From: Lingula anatina
Lineage: Eukaryota; Animalia; Brachiopoda
Reading direction: 5' to 3'
Length of the DNA: 64,000 nucleotides
Assembly: GCA_051362555.1 (NCBI GenBank)
Contig: CM120642.1
Coordinates: forward strand, 5,642,001 to 5,706,000
Shown here piece after piece: positions 61,617 to 64,000 of this stretch (positions are counted from its first letter, which is position 1; each line of letters begins with the position of its first letter). The notes under the pieces were generated by a model. It saw nothing but the letters and a program-made list of their open reading frames with translations, ran no database searches and had not been told where the DNA came from. The position numbers were made by a program, and so were the translations under genes.

Positions 61617-61906
61617 GGGTCATTACATCATTATGCATACCAGCAGCATACTGAAGAGAATTGGAAACATTAAATGTTTGTTTTGTTATAGCAGAAAAAA
61701 ATTGTAATATCTGTTTGATTTTCAGAGTCAATGGTGTAGGGATAGAGAGGAAAGAGGTAAAAGATATCAGAAAAAAATGGTCTGATTTTGCGAGCTGCAC
61801 CAAGAAGAAGGAAGCAGAGAGGAGGAGGGAAATCAACAAGACTGGTGGTGGGGGGTGTCAAATCACCCTAACTCCAATACAAGAAAAGGTAAAATAATGT
61901 TCGAAA

Positions 61907-61986
<80 letters not shown>

Positions 61987-62859
61987 CATGCATACATATA
62001 TAAATTGTTTTCATTTATTACATATAAAATGATTGATGACTATTATTTGTACTTTTGTTTTAGGTTGTGTCAATTATAGGAGAGACAGCGATTAGTGGCT
62101 TTCAGGGAGGAATCGACACTTTCGAGCAGAGTCAAAATGGCAAGTATACCAAAGTTATCATTCATCTTTAATTTTTATTATTTTAGTATTACATTATATT
62201 CAACCATTTTTATGAAAAATTCACATATAATAATTAATAAGCGTGAAAAAAATATCAATTTTATGTTTACAGCTCAAACAATCACTACAAATGATGATGA
62301 GGATAAACTACATTTTTCAGACATCAACTCAGGGGAATATGACATGATAGTGCCAGGGACACATGAGGCAAGCCATGTAAGAGAAGAGCCAGAAGGTATT
62401 CTATTAATATCAGTAATCTTAAGACTTATTTTTTATATGCATAGAACAATGTTATTACTAATTTTTTAACATAAGTTATTTTTGTTACCAAAATAAATGT
62501 TATGTTTTTGTTAATTTTTTTCAGAAATCCCAGCTACAGTACCACAAAGAAAAACATCAAGGAAGACAAGTAAGAATTTTTAAATATAACTTCAATAATA
62601 ACCAGAGGAGCACACATTAATTGAAATGTGTTCTATAAGCAAATGGTGATTTAAAAAAATATGATTTGTATTACATTTTTCAGAGGACTGCAGACTGGAC
62701 AAAGTGGTAGATGTTGAATCAGAGAAACTATTGTGTTTGAAGAGGTTGGTGGAGTTGGAAGAAGAAAAGTTACAGTTGAAGAAGGAAGTGTTTCAATTTA
62801 AGAAAATGAAATGGGAGGCAAAGGTGGCCCAAATGAATTTGCAAACAATGCTAGAATGA
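61324..62859 (+). CDS. Harbinger Myb/SANT-like protein, copy 2 (spliced)
   Basis: Same exon structure as 7875-9621 except that ~215 bp is absent, fusing exons 4 and 6 in frame (NDDEDKLHFSDINSG). Confidence 0.85.
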
Positions 62860-63390
62860 ATGTTAATAAATATTTATTTACCTGTGCATGGCTCCTAGTT
62901 GTTTTATGCAATAACTTGCAAAATGAAGGGGTTTTGAAATTAAATAAAAAATCCCAGTGACCATTTTACTGATTAAAAAAAAATTCTTGGAAATATGAAA
63001 TGTTGGCGTTTATAATATAAATAGGTAAAAGAGAAATAGGATTTTTAGAGATCATAATAATGATAAACAATTTGAATCTTAAATCCAAATTTGTTCAGTA
63101 GAATTTATAATACAACAAGATAAAAATGAGGCTACTCAAAGAAAATGAAATAAACTTATAAAATCAAGTAATGTGAAAGTTTGAAATGTCACTCCTTCAC
63201 TCAATTTAAACAACAGATGTCAAATATGTATCTGCTTTCATCACCAACACGTTTCATTGTGAGAAATTGTTAAATTTCAATAATTTTGGCATAGCTTTTC
63301 TGAGAAGGTTTGTTGGTGGGTAGTCCTGAAAAGGACAATTTGTTTCCAACTCCCACCGTAATTGGAAAACGGCTTAGAGGAGGACTGCCT

Positions 63391-64000
63391 CTAAGCAAAG
63401 CGCTCATTAATGAGTCGCTCACGACACTGGACCCCATCGGCTGGGTACTCTCCCAGAGGCACATCTTGACAGTTGTTGACACACGCGTCCACCTCAACAT
63501 CAGGCATCCCTTCCCTGATGCAAAAATTGTGGAGCCTGCAACATGCCAGGATGATGTTGGCACTGGCCTCTGGGGAATACATCAGGCACCCACCTGACTT
63601 GTGAAGGCACCTGAAAGCATTGTAAAATAAAGTATTGTTGAAGGCAGATTATATCTATTATTTTTTTGTGACAAATGACATGAAATATGATGATAATAAC
63701 TATGATGATACTAGGAACAATAAATTAATTGTTAACTTTTACAATATTGTTGAAGGCAGATTGATAATAACAGTAATAATACTAGGAATGATAAAATAAA
63801 TGTTTTAACTTTTAGATAGAGAAATAAATAACACACAAAGAAAGACATGCATAAAACTAAATTACATTACTAACACATTAAAAAAATCACCTGAAGCGGC
63901 TCTTTAGAACACCAAAAGCACGCTCAATGAGATTACGCGTCTTCATATGTGCCGCATTGTATGCAGCATCCGCAGTTGATGCCACATGTAATTTTGGTGT
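63391..64000 (-). CDS. HARBI1-like transposase copy 2, C-terminal exons (63391-63610, 63891->64000)
   Basis: HMKTRNLIERAFGVLKSRFR/CLHKSGGCLMYSPEASANIILACCRLHNFC. Confidence 0.9.

Larger units (their letters stand above)
60615..64000. mobile_element. Autonomous PIF/Harbinger element copy 2 (continues beyond the window)
   Basis: Same TIR preceded by CAG (60612-60614). Colinear with 7166-10865. Confidence 0.95.

Overview
AT-rich eukaryotic (animal, probably invertebrate; taxon not determinable) genomic window made almost entirely of nested transposable elements. Recognisable elements: two copies of an autonomous PIF/Harbinger element (HARBI1-like transposase plus spliced Myb/SANT-like gene; 7166-12122 complete, 60615->64000 running off the end); an 18.4-kb non-autonomous Harbinger shell (3418-21776) packed with other insertions; a Ty3/Gypsy LTR retrotransposon with intact gag and pol (43153-51271); an internally deleted RTEX-like LINE; two L2-like 3' fragments; a piggyBac-type element; a 12.5-kb CAG...CTG TIR element with 3-bp TSD; and several MITEs. 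Many insertions can be confirmed against empty paralogous sites inside the window. The only apparent host genes are two convergently oriented paralogues of a small, secreted, cationic, cysteine-rich protein (<1-324 + and 56256-56777 -). Their proteins are only about half identical while their 3' non-coding flanks are about 90% identical, and the complete copy lies between ~870-bp inverted repeats that only become visible once a 12.5-kb insertion is removed. Coordinates were read by eye (+/- a few bp) and identities are manual estimates.
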